DNA of 64,000 nucleotides, from contig CAYUPH010000001.1 of the NCBI GenBank assembly GCA_964446625.1, forward strand, positions 70,283-134,282. The letters are read 5' to 3'. Position numbers and translations under genes: made by a program. Every line of letters starts with the position of its first letter. The first letter of the stretch is position 1. The DNA comes from an uncultured Candidatus Saccharibacteria bacterium. Its GTDB lineage: Bacteria; Patescibacteriota; Minisyncoccia; Phycocordibacterales; CAIRYW01. The notes below the pieces were generated by a model. The model was not told where the DNA came from and searched no databases. It worked only from the letters and a program-made list of their open reading frames with translations. Shown here in pieces: positions 46,212 to 55,892 of the stretch.

Positions 46212-48950
46212 GTGTTAAGGAAAACCTTAAAAAAAAGTTTAGTTTTCTCTATTATTATCGCCTGCTTTTGTGGAGCTTTTCCAAATTTGACCCATGCAAC
46301 TATGCAGTCTTTTTTGGTGAAGAAGGCGAATATAACAGTCAACGGAGTTACATATGACATACCACAGGATCCTTCTTGGATAAACCAAGCCATATTAGGT
46401 TGGAAATCTATTTTTTCTGACGCAGCTCAAGGCGTCGGAAATGATGTTGCAATTGGAATAACAACTGCGCTCCCAAAAGCATTGAGTGGTTTTATAACCC
46501 ACTTCTTTATCGATGGATTCTTTATGATCGCAACAGGTATCCTCATAATTTCCACTTTTCTTTTTAATATAATTTTCGAGATAACATTGGTGGACATGGG
46601 AGGACTATTGGGTCGTTTTACAGCAATTGGCGCAGTATGGAAACTTATGCGCGACTTAGGGAATGTAGTAATGATTTTTACACTTCTGTACTATTCCTTT
46701 TCTCTTATGCTTAATCTAGATGAGGGGGGAGTAAAAAGAGGAATTAGTAAACTTATTATTGTTGCAATGCTTATTAACTTCAGTATGTTTTTTACTAAAA
46801 GCATTATTGATGTAGGAAACATACTTGCTTTAGGATTTTATAACAAAATATCTATTTCAAATGAGAGTCAGTTTGAAAAGGAAAATAAAGTTTTGATTGA
46901 AAAACTAAGAGCAAATAATTTATTAGGCTACTTTGTCCAAGGATATTCTGCTGCGAAAAGAAGCGTAGGTCTAGCAAGTGCATTTCTTTCTGGTTTTAAT
47001 TTCCAAAAAATAAAAGCTAACCCTGGGAGTTTTTTTCAAAATGCCACGTCAGTTAGCTCTATCGATGTCACTCTAAACAATGTTCTAACGATACATATTA
47101 TAGGAACCTTGATGATGCTTTTTTTATCAATTGTTTTTCTTGCTGCAACTATTATCTTTATAAAAAGGTTTATAGTACTACTAGTACTCATAATTATTTC
47201 CCCTTTAGCTTTTATTGCGATGGTTTTACCACGGGGTATGGGTGAAGAAATGGGGGGGACTTTTTGGAAAAAACTAATCTCGGAAGCACTTGCGGCCCCG
47301 GTCTTTATGTTCATGATCTGGCTTGGATTTAAGATAATAACTGATGAGCAGTTTAAACTAGCTATTAAGTCTGATAATTATCCATTTCTTTCTCTCCCTG
47401 TTATCTTTTCATATACCATAGCAAACTTCATACTCGTCGGATCTCTTATTGCAAGCCAAAAAGTAGGAGCTTCAGGTGCAGAACAGGCTATAAATGTTTA
47501 TAAAGGTGTTAAGGGGTGGGTAGGACAAAATACTGTAGGCCGTGCCGCCTACCAAGTTCTAGAAAAAGGTGGGACTGCACATTGGTTGTATCAAACAAGA
47601 GCTGATGGTATTGGACGAAACATACCTTTTGTTGGAAAAGGAGTGCAGGCAATGACAAAGTTTGGTGCATCAAAAATCTTTGACACACTTCACCACACCG
47701 CATCCTCAAAGTTTGATAGCATTCCCTCTTTTGGTGATCATGGACATGGTGATCATGGACACGGTGATCATGGACATGAACCGGGAGGATTTGCAAAAAA
47801 AATCAGCGATGATGCTAAGAAAAAAATGGACTGGATAAATGAAAACAAAAATAATCCTAAAGAGTGGATAGGAACTCTTATGTTGAAGCAATATAAAGAA
47901 GGTAATAATAGTGATTATGACACAAAAGTAGTCGAAAGAGTCATTGAAACTATGAAGATAGAAGACCTTGCAGAAATGACACGTACTGTTGATTTAGAAA
48001 AGAAGGAATTAGAGGAAAAGGACAAGGAAGGAAAACTAGGCGCTAAAGAAAAAGAACGTCTTGCAGTTCTTCAAGGTTTTAGAGAGCTTATTGATCACCG
48101 TCTACCTGCCAATACAGCAGAGCAACTTCGTAGAAAAGTAGAAGGTCCAACACGAGTAAACCAAATTGAATTTGACAGACTAGCAAAAAATATATTCCAG
48201 AGAGATGCTCAGGGTAATCTGAATAGTAGCGGAAGAACAATGGAAGAGATTGTATCACTCCAGGCAGCCCTCAGAGAATTAAGAAAGAATCCGAATGCCA
48301 CTCCTACAGTAAAAATGGCAGATGGAACGGTAAAGACTTTTATCGGAGAAGTTGGTATAAGAGAAGCACAAAAGAAGATTGGAATAAATTACAAAGAAAA
48401 AAACATCTCCGCACTTCGCCAGTACTATTCTTCATTAAACGGAAAACAGAAAACAGGACTTACAGGTGAGTCTCTGATTAATAAGGCAGTTCTTGACTTA
48501 AATAACGATACTGATGTCTTTGAACAAATGCAAAGGGAAGCAAAACAAACAGGAAAGGAAAAAGAATCTATGGGGAGCGTAGGATTGAGTCATAAGAGAA
48601 ACTTCGAACTTTATAGTAAAATTAAGGAAAAACACGCCCAAAATCAGGATTATTCTACAGAGGAAAGTGAGCTTATTGAAAATCTTCGAGACAGAGGACT
48701 GCACATAGAAGGAGAGGGTGATCAAATGAGAGAACTAACTCCTGAAGAACTTCTAAAAAAATATGTTGCAGAGGAATACAATGACGGCTCAAAACTTGAG
48801 AAGTATTTCAAAAACAATGGAGCAAGATTTTACGGTGAGGAAAGTCCAGAAAGAGAAGTTGAACGAGTTAAAGAAATGTTTGCGGCACGCAGACAACCAC
48901 CAGCGGGAGGCGCTACCCCTCCTCCTCTCCCTGGAGGGCCTCGACCATAA
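46212..48950 (+). CDS. VirB6/TrbL-like polytopic inner-membrane protein with long C-terminal soluble extension (HGD repeats, Pro-rich tail)
   Basis: Signal peptide, at least 6 predicted TM helices in the first 420 aa, then a 490-aa hydrophilic domain. Gene context includes VirB3-like and VirB4. Confidence 0.5.
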   Translation: MLRKTLKKSLVFSIIIACFCGAFPNLTHATMQSFLVKKANITVNGVTYDIPQDPSWINQAILGWKSIFSDAAQGVGNDVAIGITTALPKALSGFITHFFIDGFFMIATGILIISTFLFNIIFEITLVDMGGLLGRFTAIGAVWKLMRDLGNVVMIFTLLYYSFSLMLNLDEGGVKRGISKLIIVAMLINFSMFFTKSIIDVGNILALGFYNKISISNESQFEKENKVLIEKLRANNLLGYFVQGYSAAKRSVGLASAFLSGFNFQKIKANPGSFFQNATSVSSIDVTLNNVLTIHIIGTLMMLFLSIVFLAATIIFIKRFIVLLVLIIISPLAFIAMVLPRGMGEEMGGTFWKKLISEALAAPVFMFMIWLGFKIITDEQFKLAIKSDNYPFLSLPVIFSYTIANFILVGSLIASQKVGASGAEQAINVYKGVKGWVGQNTVGRAAYQVLEKGGTAHWLYQTRADGIGRNIPFVGKGVQAMTKFGASKIFDTLHHTASSKFDSIPSFGDHGHGDHGHGDHGHEPGGFAKKISDDAKKKMDWINENKNNPKEWIGTLMLKQYKEGNNSDYDTKVVERVIETMKIEDLAEMTRTVDLEKKELEEKDKEGKLGAKEKERLAVLQGFRELIDHRLPANTAEQLRRKVEGPTRVNQIEFDRLAKNIFQRDAQGNLNSSGRTMEEIVSLQAALRELRKNPNATPTVKMADGTVKTFIGEVGIREAQKKIGINYKEKNISALRQYYSSLNGKQKTGLTGESLINKAVLDLNNDTDVFEQMQREAKQTGKEKESMGSVGLSHKRNFELYSKIKEKHAQNQDYSTEESELIENLRDRGLHIEGEGDQMRELTPEELLKKYVAEEYNDGSKLEKYFKNNGARFYGEESPEREVERVKEMFAARRQPPAGGATPPPLPGGPRP
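47733..47777 (+). repeat. Perfect 15-nt tandem repeat x3 (GGTGATCATGGACAT) encoding (GDHGH)3
   Basis: Direct reading of the sequence; lies within the VirB6-like ORF. Confidence 0.9.
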
Positions 48951-48974
48951 AACAAGTTGTTAAGAAATTACTAA

Positions 48975-49874
48975 ATGCAAAAATACTCAACTGATCAATA
49001 TAATAAAATCTTCTACAGTCTCCCAAAAGAGATTCAAGATATTGTTGTTGCGTACAGTACAACCGAAAAGTTGTACGAAATTGGTCAAACTCACAAACTC
49101 CATATAGACCAAATTGGCGTTATGAATGATGTCGCTTTTGATGTCATGATGGGAATTACTTCTACAAAAAACATGGTTGCTGAGCTTGCAAAAGAACTCC
49201 AAATCCCTGAGCTTGAAGCAAGTAAAATAGCGTTTGATGTGGATGAACAAATCTTTAAGCCAATTAAGGAAATAATGAAAAAGGTATACGGTGACGGGAG
49301 TCCAATGCGACCAAAGCCGAGCTACCAGTATGTTCACGAGGAGGATGAAAAAGACATAGAAACACATACTTCAAGGGCCAACCTTTTAAAAGAGATTGAA
49401 GCCCCTGAAGAAGCTCAAGTGAAAAAGATAGTATTAAACCCAGCTCCAGAAAAACAATCTATATCTCCACCAGAAAAGCCGGTAGCAGAAGAGACAAAGA
49501 AAACAGAGGACGGCTTACGGATGGATGAAACATTAAAACAAAAGAGAGAGAAACTACTCCAGTCCATTGCAGACAAGAAACTGAGCTCTATGACAGTAAT
49601 GAAAGCTGAAGAAGAAACACTTTCCGTCGCACCTCCTAGATTCATTCCTGCCTCTCCGGTTGTAAGTAAAGAAATTCCATCTCTTAGTCCAAAAATCGAC
49701 GAGAAAAATGCAGAAAAGCCAAAAAGAAAGATAATTGATCCATTCCTCAATCAAATACAGCAAAATAAAGTTACAGAAGATGTGGTAGAAAAAGACAATA
49801 AGACTCCTACGATCGAAGAAACCGCACAAAAGCAAGAAAAGATTATAGACCCTTACAGGGAACCAATCGAATAA
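48975..49874 (+). CDS. Hypothetical E/K-rich protein
   Basis: 299-aa ORF in operon context; no domain recognised. Confidence 0.45.
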   Translation: MQKYSTDQYNKIFYSLPKEIQDIVVAYSTTEKLYEIGQTHKLHIDQIGVMNDVAFDVMMGITSTKNMVAELAKELQIPELEASKIAFDVDEQIFKPIKEIMKKVYGDGSPMRPKPSYQYVHEEDEKDIETHTSRANLLKEIEAPEEAQVKKIVLNPAPEKQSISPPEKPVAEETKKTEDGLRMDETLKQKREKLLQSIADKKLSSMTVMKAEEETLSVAPPRFIPASPVVSKEIPSLSPKIDEKNAEKPKRKIIDPFLNQIQQNKVTEDVVEKDNKTPTIEETAQKQEKIIDPYREPIE

Positions 49875-49944
49875 AACAGACCGATTCCGGTCTGTTTTAT
49901 TTTTCTGTTTTCTTTTTTAGGATTATAATTAGTCTATATATTTT

Positions 49945-50445
49945 ATGCAGTACCAAGTTCCACAATTTATTGAAGTCGAGGATAAAATCTTTGGACCCCT
50001 TACCTTTAAACAATTTGCATATCTTGTAGGGGGCGGGGGGATTTCTTTTCTTGTTCACAGATTCATTGGTTTCCCTTTTTCAATACTTATTGCTCTCCCA
50101 ACTCTTGCTTTTGCACTCGCTATGGCATTTTACAGAGTGAACAATAAGCCTTTTATTGAAATTTTTGAAGCAGCAGTCAAATATACCCTTGGGAGCAAGC
50201 TCTATGTTTGGAAAAAACAAGAAAAAAGGGTAGCCCCCGAGGCAGCTGTTCAAATGCCTGGATCTAGTGTGTATGTTCCAAAACTCTCTGAGTCGAAACT
50301 TCGGGAACTTACATGGAACCTCGACATTAATGAGACGATTTATTCAAATGAAGAAAGACGAGAAAGGGATGAAAAGACTGGAAGGGAAGGACCTCTGAAT
50401 GCATTTAAAGGTCTTTCCTACGATTTAAATGAAAATATGAGATAA
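49945..50445 (+). CDS. PrgI/VirB3-like small membrane protein
   Basis: MQYQVPQFIEVEDKIFGPLTFKQFAYL followed by two TM helices then YRVNNKPFIEIFEAAVKY. Compare the PrgI pattern VP...K...LT.RQ...TM...Y.RDGLPFE. Lies immediately upstream of VirB4, as in Gram-positive T4SS. Confidence 0.55.
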   Translation: MQYQVPQFIEVEDKIFGPLTFKQFAYLVGGGGISFLVHRFIGFPFSILIALPTLAFALAMAFYRVNNKPFIEIFEAAVKYTLGSKLYVWKKQEKRVAPEAAVQMPGSSVYVPKLSESKLRELTWNLDINETIYSNEERRERDEKTGREGPLNAFKGLSYDLNENMR

Positions 50446-50452
50446 TAACTTT

Positions 50453-51091
50453 ATGAGTGATTCAAGAAGTTCTCAAGACTTTGTTCCAATAAAAGAAATT
50501 CGTGACGGAATAGTTGTCCTTAAAACAGGAGGGCTTCGTGGTGTTGTTATGACCTCTTCAATAAACTTTGCCCTCAAAAGTGCAGACGAACAAAACGCAA
50601 TTATCTACCAATTTCAAAACTTTCTAAACTCCCTTAACTTTTCAATTCAGATTCAAACACAATCCAGGCGACTTGATATCCGTCCATATATTGCGCTCCT
50701 CGAAAATGTTGAAAGGGAACAGAAAAATGATCTGCTCCGAATCCAAACAAGGGAGTATATCCAATTTATCAAGACATTCACCGACACAGTAAACATTATG
50801 ACGAAAACTTTCTTTGTTGTGGTGGAGTACACCCCAGCTATCCTTCAGACAAAAAAAGGGATTTCAGGTATGTTCTCAAAGAGTAATGACAAAACAAAAA
50901 AGGAGAGCTTTGAAGAAAACAGAACACAGCTTCTCCAGAGAATGGAAGTAGTTATCCAAGGACTTACACGAATGGGACTACGCAGTGTTCCACTTGGCAC
51001 CGAAGAACTTGTAGAGCTATATTACAAAATTATGAATCCAGGGGAAACAGAAAAACCAATTAATGTTGAAGCCGCAATGGCACTTAACTAA
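50453..51091 (+). CDS. VirB4-family N-terminal domain protein (separate ORF)
   Basis: DFVPIKEIRDGIVVLKTGGLRGVVMTSSINFALKSADEQNAIIYQFQNFLNSL resembles the N-terminus of Gram-positive VirB4 homologs. Ends 1 nt before the ATPase ORF. Confidence 0.55.
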   Translation: MSDSRSSQDFVPIKEIRDGIVVLKTGGLRGVVMTSSINFALKSADEQNAIIYQFQNFLNSLNFSIQIQTQSRRLDIRPYIALLENVEREQKNDLLRIQTREYIQFIKTFTDTVNIMTKTFFVVVEYTPAILQTKKGISGMFSKSNDKTKKESFEENRTQLLQRMEVVIQGLTRMGLRSVPLGTEELVELYYKIMNPGETEKPINVEAAMALN

Positions 51092-51092
51092 C

Positions 51093-52904
51093 ATGTCATT
51101 ACTTGATAAACTTTTAGGAAAAAAACAAGAAGAAGCCCAGCCTGTAACAGCTATCTTGCCTGAGGAAATTTACCAGGCAGGAGTCCTTGAGCTCAAAGAT
51201 GTCATTGCACCATCAGCCCTGAAGATTACACCTCGTGAAATTAACCTTGGTGACAAGATCGCTCGAACATTTTTTGTGATCTCGTACCCTCGCTTTCTTA
51301 CAGAAAGTTGGTTTGCTCCGATTGTAAACCTCGACAAAATTTTTGATGTTTCAGTATTCATTCACCCAATTGATACAGCACAAATCCTAAGACAATTTCA
51401 AAAAAAGGTTGCCGAAGTGCAAAGCCAGATTTCGGAAAGGGAATCCAAGGGACTTGTAAGGGACCCGATGCTCGACACCGCGTACCAAGACCTCGAAACA
51501 CTGCGAGACCAACTCCAGCAGGCACAAGAGAGACTTTTTGAAGTAGGGCTCTATATTACAATCTACTCAAACACAACAGAGGAGCTTGATAAAATCGAAT
51601 CTGAACTAAAATCAATCCTTGAATCAAAACTTGTTTACTTAAAACCAGCGCTCTTCCAACAAGAACAAGGTTTTAGAAGTGTCATGCCAATCGCAACAGA
51701 TGAGCTCGAAGTACACTCAAAATTAAACTCTTCTCCTCTTTCAAGCATCTTTCCTTTTATTTCATTTGACCTTACGAGTGATAAGGGAATACTTTTTGGT
51801 ATTAACAGACACAACTCCTCTCTAATTCTCTTTGACAGATTCTCACTAGAAAACTATAACTCAGTTACATTTGCGAAAGCCGGAGCAGGAAAAAGTTATT
51901 GTACAAAACTTGAAATACTCCGTTCACTTATGTTTGATACTGATGTGATTGTTATTGACCCAGAGAGGGAATACGAATATATGGCAGAATCAACGGGAGG
52001 TCGCTACTTTAATATCTCGCTTACTTCAGAGCACCATATCAACCCATTTGATCTTCCTACCCCTCGAGAAGACGAATCTCCAGCGGATGTTCTTCGATCG
52101 CACATTATTAACCTAGTAGGACTCTTCCGAATTATGCTTGGCGGACTCACACCTGAGGAAGATGCAATCATCGACCGCGCGATTACTGAAACCTATGCCC
52201 TCAAAGATATTTCTCCATCAAGTAAGTTTGACACTATCGAACCACCTCTTATGTCTGACTTTGAGCTCGTTCTTGCAGGTATGGAAGGAGGAGGATCGCT
52301 CGTTCAGAGACTTGAGAAATATACAAAGGGAACGTGGGCAGGATTCATTAACAGACCAACAAACGTTGATATCAATAAAAAGTTCGTAGTTTTCTCTCTT
52401 CGAGACATGGAAGATGAACTAAAGCCTGTTGCGATGTACATTGTGACTCATTACATCTGGAATGCTATTAGACAAAAACTAAAGAAGCGTCTTCTCGTGA
52501 TCGATGAGGCCTGGTGGATGATGAAAAGTGAGGATACTGCTTCCTTCCTTCTTGGACTTGCAAAACGAGGACGAAAATATTATCTTGCTCTTTCAACAAT
52601 TACACAAGACGTCGAAGACTTTCTTAAATCCCCTTATGGGCTTCCTATTATTACAAACTCATCTATCCAAATACTCCTTAAACAGTCGCCTTCTTCAATC
52701 GACATAATTCAACGTACTTTTAATCTCACTGATGAAGAAAAGTTTCTGCTTCTTGAGTCAGATGTAGGAGAGGGAATCTTTTTTGCAGGACTAAAACACG
52801 TTGCGATTAAAATTATTGCTTCCTATACCGAGGATCAAATCATTACATCAAATCCTGAGCAAGTTCTCGCAATCAGAGAGGCAAAAAGAAATAGCGAAAT
52901 ATAA
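51093..52904 (+). CDS. VirB4/TrbE/CagE-family type IV secretion ATPase (ATPase portion)
   Basis: Walker A FAKAGAGKSYCT, Walker B and DEAW motif LLVIDEAWWMM, family-typical length and context. Confidence 0.85.
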   Translation: MSLLDKLLGKKQEEAQPVTAILPEEIYQAGVLELKDVIAPSALKITPREINLGDKIARTFFVISYPRFLTESWFAPIVNLDKIFDVSVFIHPIDTAQILRQFQKKVAEVQSQISERESKGLVRDPMLDTAYQDLETLRDQLQQAQERLFEVGLYITIYSNTTEELDKIESELKSILESKLVYLKPALFQQEQGFRSVMPIATDELEVHSKLNSSPLSSIFPFISFDLTSDKGILFGINRHNSSLILFDRFSLENYNSVTFAKAGAGKSYCTKLEILRSLMFDTDVIVIDPEREYEYMAESTGGRYFNISLTSEHHINPFDLPTPREDESPADVLRSHIINLVGLFRIMLGGLTPEEDAIIDRAITETYALKDISPSSKFDTIEPPLMSDFELVLAGMEGGGSLVQRLEKYTKGTWAGFINRPTNVDINKKFVVFSLRDMEDELKPVAMYIVTHYIWNAIRQKLKKRLLVIDEAWWMMKSEDTASFLLGLAKRGRKYYLALSTITQDVEDFLKSPYGLPIITNSSIQILLKQSPSSIDIIQRTFNLTDEEKFLLLESDVGEGIFFAGLKHVAIKIIASYTEDQIITSNPEQVLAIREAKRNSEI

Positions 52905-52906
52905 AT

Positions 52907-53881
52907 ATGATTGCGTTTCTATGGAACTGGGTGGTGTGTCTTTTTGTTCCTTTTGCAGGAACAATAACTATTTTTGCTGAAGGAATTGTGGGAAAAGATA
53001 TAAATGGCAGAAAGATAAAAAGTCATTTGTTCCATATTCTTCTAGCATTTGTCTCTCTAGGGATTGATCTGCTCCTTCTTGGATACGGAGGAAATATCGT
53101 CCGGGCAATAGTTAAGATTTTAGGTCGTCCGTTTGCAAAAATAGGAGAAAAAACTGTTACTACAGCAGTTCAAACTTCTGTTAAAAGCACTTCACGTGTG
53201 GGAAGTCGTGCAACTGGGCGAATAACGGAAAGAAAACTTGCTCAAGAAAGCGAAAAAGTTGCTCAGGAAGCTATCGAATCTACAACTAGGCAAATCCAAA
53301 ATGAAAGTGAACATGGTTTTAAAGAGTTTAAAAAAAATGAACAAGCCCGAATTTCAGAAAAAGAGAAAATAGATCTCTCTAGTATGAAAGAAAACATTGA
53401 GAAAGCTCGACAAGACAATCTCGATGACTCGAATTCGCAATCAGAATTTGGTACCATATCAGAAGATCTGTTTAGTAGCGCAAAGGAAGAATCTAAATTT
53501 GCATCCAAACTCGAAAAAGCAATAGAAAGAGATCCTTCGCTAAAGAATGTAGCTGCAAAAAAGGTTACGCAAAATATTCCTGAGATGTCGAAAGTATTTG
53601 ATCAAAAAAAGGACCCGAGTAAGAGAGAAAAAATGAAAGAAAAGATCTTGTCACAAGTGCTACAAGAACAAGATGTAAATGTTGCTTTTGAAAAACTTGC
53701 CCAAAAAATTCGACATAACCCGCGCTCTCTAAAAAAACTAGAAATGATGATTTTAAAATTACCCCCTTCAGACCTAGTAAAGAAAGATGACCTAAAAAAA
53801 ATTGTCACATCCTTAATAGAAGGTTCAACTCCGGAGGTTAACACTTCTACAAAAAACACCGAAAACAATGCACGAAAGTGA
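52907..53881 (+). CDS. Membrane protein with coiled-coil cytoplasmic/periplasmic domain (hypothetical T4SS-like component)
   Basis: Two N-terminal TM helices then a charged coiled-coil region; in the operon. Confidence 0.45.
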   Translation: MIAFLWNWVVCLFVPFAGTITIFAEGIVGKDINGRKIKSHLFHILLAFVSLGIDLLLLGYGGNIVRAIVKILGRPFAKIGEKTVTTAVQTSVKSTSRVGSRATGRITERKLAQESEKVAQEAIESTTRQIQNESEHGFKEFKKNEQARISEKEKIDLSSMKENIEKARQDNLDDSNSQSEFGTISEDLFSSAKEESKFASKLEKAIERDPSLKNVAAKKVTQNIPEMSKVFDQKKDPSKREKMKEKILSQVLQEQDVNVAFEKLAQKIRHNPRSLKKLEMMILKLPPSDLVKKDDLKKIVTSLIEGSTPEVNTSTKNTENNARK

Positions 53882-53919
53882 GAGGAAAGTACTTGTACAC
53901 CATGCTATAATATATACCA

Positions 53920-54954
53920 ATGAAAAAGTTTTATTTTTCACTAATTATTATAATATGTTTTATTGCAGCTTTTTTCTCCTTTAAAGCTTTGGGTCAGGGT
54001 ACACTTTCTATACCCGCACAAATTAATGGACTAGAAGAACAAATCTCACTAAAAGTAAGTCCTCAAGTACCTGAACCTGGAAAGCCTGTAGTTCTTACAG
54101 TAAATGCTTATGGAACAGATATATCGAAAGCAAAAATTACATGGAAAACTGATGGAAAGGTAGTATTAGGGCCAGGAGTAGCAACCTCCTTAACCTTAAC
54201 TATGGGCACAATTGGTGAGGCTGTTACTGTAGAAGTGATCGTTGAACCTTTTAATGGACCAGCTGTAAACAAAAAAGTCACCCTCATACCTGGCGAGGTT
54301 GATTTAATCTGGGAGGCAGAGGGATACAATCCACCATTTTATAAGGGGAAGATCTTTTATGGTCCTGAGAAAAATGTAAAAGTGGTTGCAATTCCAAATA
54401 TATATGATACTTCTGGCAAAAAAGTGAACCCTCTAAATCTGGACTTTAAATGGAGTAAAAATAATGAGATAGAAGGCAGCGTCTCTGGTGCTGGAAAAAA
54501 CTACTGGCCTTTTAAAGGGTGGATATTACTCAAGAGTATCGAAGTTGGAGTTACTGTAGGAAGTGAAGGAAAAGTAAGAGGGCAAAGTAGCTTTAACCTA
54601 CCATCTTTCTTTCCAGAGGTAAGAATGTATGAAAATAGTGGAATTTATGGAATTCTTTTTAATAGATCGCTTTTAGGTACATCAGAACTTAAGGATACTG
54701 AACAAACAGTTGAAGTGTACCCATTTAGTTTTGGAATCCAAAACCGCACTGACCCCGCTTTTCGTGTAACTTGGCAGATGAATAGAAAAAATATTTTTTC
54801 AACAGAAGGTAAATCAAAAATTACAGTAAGAAATACTGAGAATGAAAGTGGGGAAGCAGAACTAGGTGTGAAAGCGCAGAATATAAATTACACATTTGAT
54901 GAAAGTGCAGGAAGATTCACACTAAAGTTTAGCAAAAAGGATTTTGAATTTTAA
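53920..54954 (+). CDS. Secreted beta-rich protein (hypothetical)
   Basis: Signal peptide; no domain recognised. Confidence 0.5.
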   Translation: MKKFYFSLIIIICFIAAFFSFKALGQGTLSIPAQINGLEEQISLKVSPQVPEPGKPVVLTVNAYGTDISKAKITWKTDGKVVLGPGVATSLTLTMGTIGEAVTVEVIVEPFNGPAVNKKVTLIPGEVDLIWEAEGYNPPFYKGKIFYGPEKNVKVVAIPNIYDTSGKKVNPLNLDFKWSKNNEIEGSVSGAGKNYWPFKGWILLKSIEVGVTVGSEGKVRGQSSFNLPSFFPEVRMYENSGIYGILFNRSLLGTSELKDTEQTVEVYPFSFGIQNRTDPAFRVTWQMNRKNIFSTEGKSKITVRNTENESGEAELGVKAQNINYTFDESAGRFTLKFSKKDFEF

Positions 54955-55892
54955 TGGATAATATAATTAAAAAGTCCGTAATCATTATTACATTTTTATT
55001 GGTTTTAGTGATTCCTTTTTTTTCACACGCCTATGTCCCCCTTGTCCAAGTAGACGGCCTAACAACGAACCTTGACTCCAATAACCCAAACCTCATCAGT
55101 GAATACTTGCTTGGGCTTTATAAGTTTGGGGTAGGGCTCGCAGCAGCTATTGCTATAGTCCTCATTATTATTGGAGGATTTCAGTATGCCACAACAGACG
55201 CTATCGGAGGGAAGGAGGATGGAAAGGAGAGAATAAGAAATGCTATTGGAGGACTCCTTCTTGCTTTGTTTTCTTTTTTAATTCTTAACACAATTGATCC
55301 AAGACTGACGAGTGTGGATTTTAATGTCGGAGAAGTGGAGGTGGAAACATCCTCGGTTCTTTCTATTGCTATTGGGTTGCGCAGTGATGCAGATATGCAG
55401 TATGCAGGAGACGGGGGAGAGCTTCCTTCTCCAAATATGGACTTTGATGTTGTTAATCATTTAGATTTAAGTTCAAGTGGTACCGCAGGAAACTATCGTA
55501 GCACTTGGTATAATAAAAATGAAAAAGGAGCGGATAAATGGACAATAAAGGGGCAAACCTCTACTGGAATCCCACTAAGATTTGCAGACGCAAACACAGT
55601 TGGTGTTGCTGCAGTTGACCCAAATATTATTCCATACGGAAGCGTTATTTTGGTAGGATCGGGTGCAAATAGAAGAGTGTATGTTGCTGGAGATACAGGG
55701 TCTGCCGTAGTTAATAGAACCGCATCTGGACGAACTGTACCTGTCATAGATTTTTATAGTCAAGGACAGGTAGGTAGAGAATACGATAATTTCAGTGTCA
55801 TTCCTTATACTGGAGGAAACTTCCAGTCTCTATCGGGAGAAAACAAAGCAGCTGTTATAGAGAATATTCGTTCAACATATTTAAGTCACTAA
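54954..55892 (+). CDS. VirB2/TrbC-like pilin-type N-terminal membrane module fused to a 3D-domain (MltA-like) cell-wall hydrolase domain
   Basis: Signal peptide plus two hydrophobic helices separated by the short loop DAIGGKEDGKERIRN. The C-terminus has AVDPNIIPYGSV...VAGDTGSAV...VIDFY, the three-Asp pattern of 3D domains. Confidence 0.5.
   Translation: MDNIIKKSVIIITFLLVLVIPFFSHAYVPLVQVDGLTTNLDSNNPNLISEYLLGLYKFGVGLAAAIAIVLIIIGGFQYATTDAIGGKEDGKERIRNAIGGLLLALFSFLILNTIDPRLTSVDFNVGEVEVETSSVLSIAIGLRSDADMQYAGDGGELPSPNMDFDVVNHLDLSSSGTAGNYRSTWYNKNEKGADKWTIKGQTSTGIPLRFADANTVGVAAVDPNIIPYGSVILVGSGANRRVYVAGDTGSAVVNRTASGRTVPVIDFYSQGQVGREYDNFSVIPYTGGNFQSLSGENKAAVIENIRSTYLSH
55037..55324 (+). repeat. 288-nt direct repeat, copy 1 (1 mismatch to copy 2 at 55961-56248), encoding the shared pilin-like module
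   Basis: Direct sequence comparison of the two segments. Confidence 0.9.
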
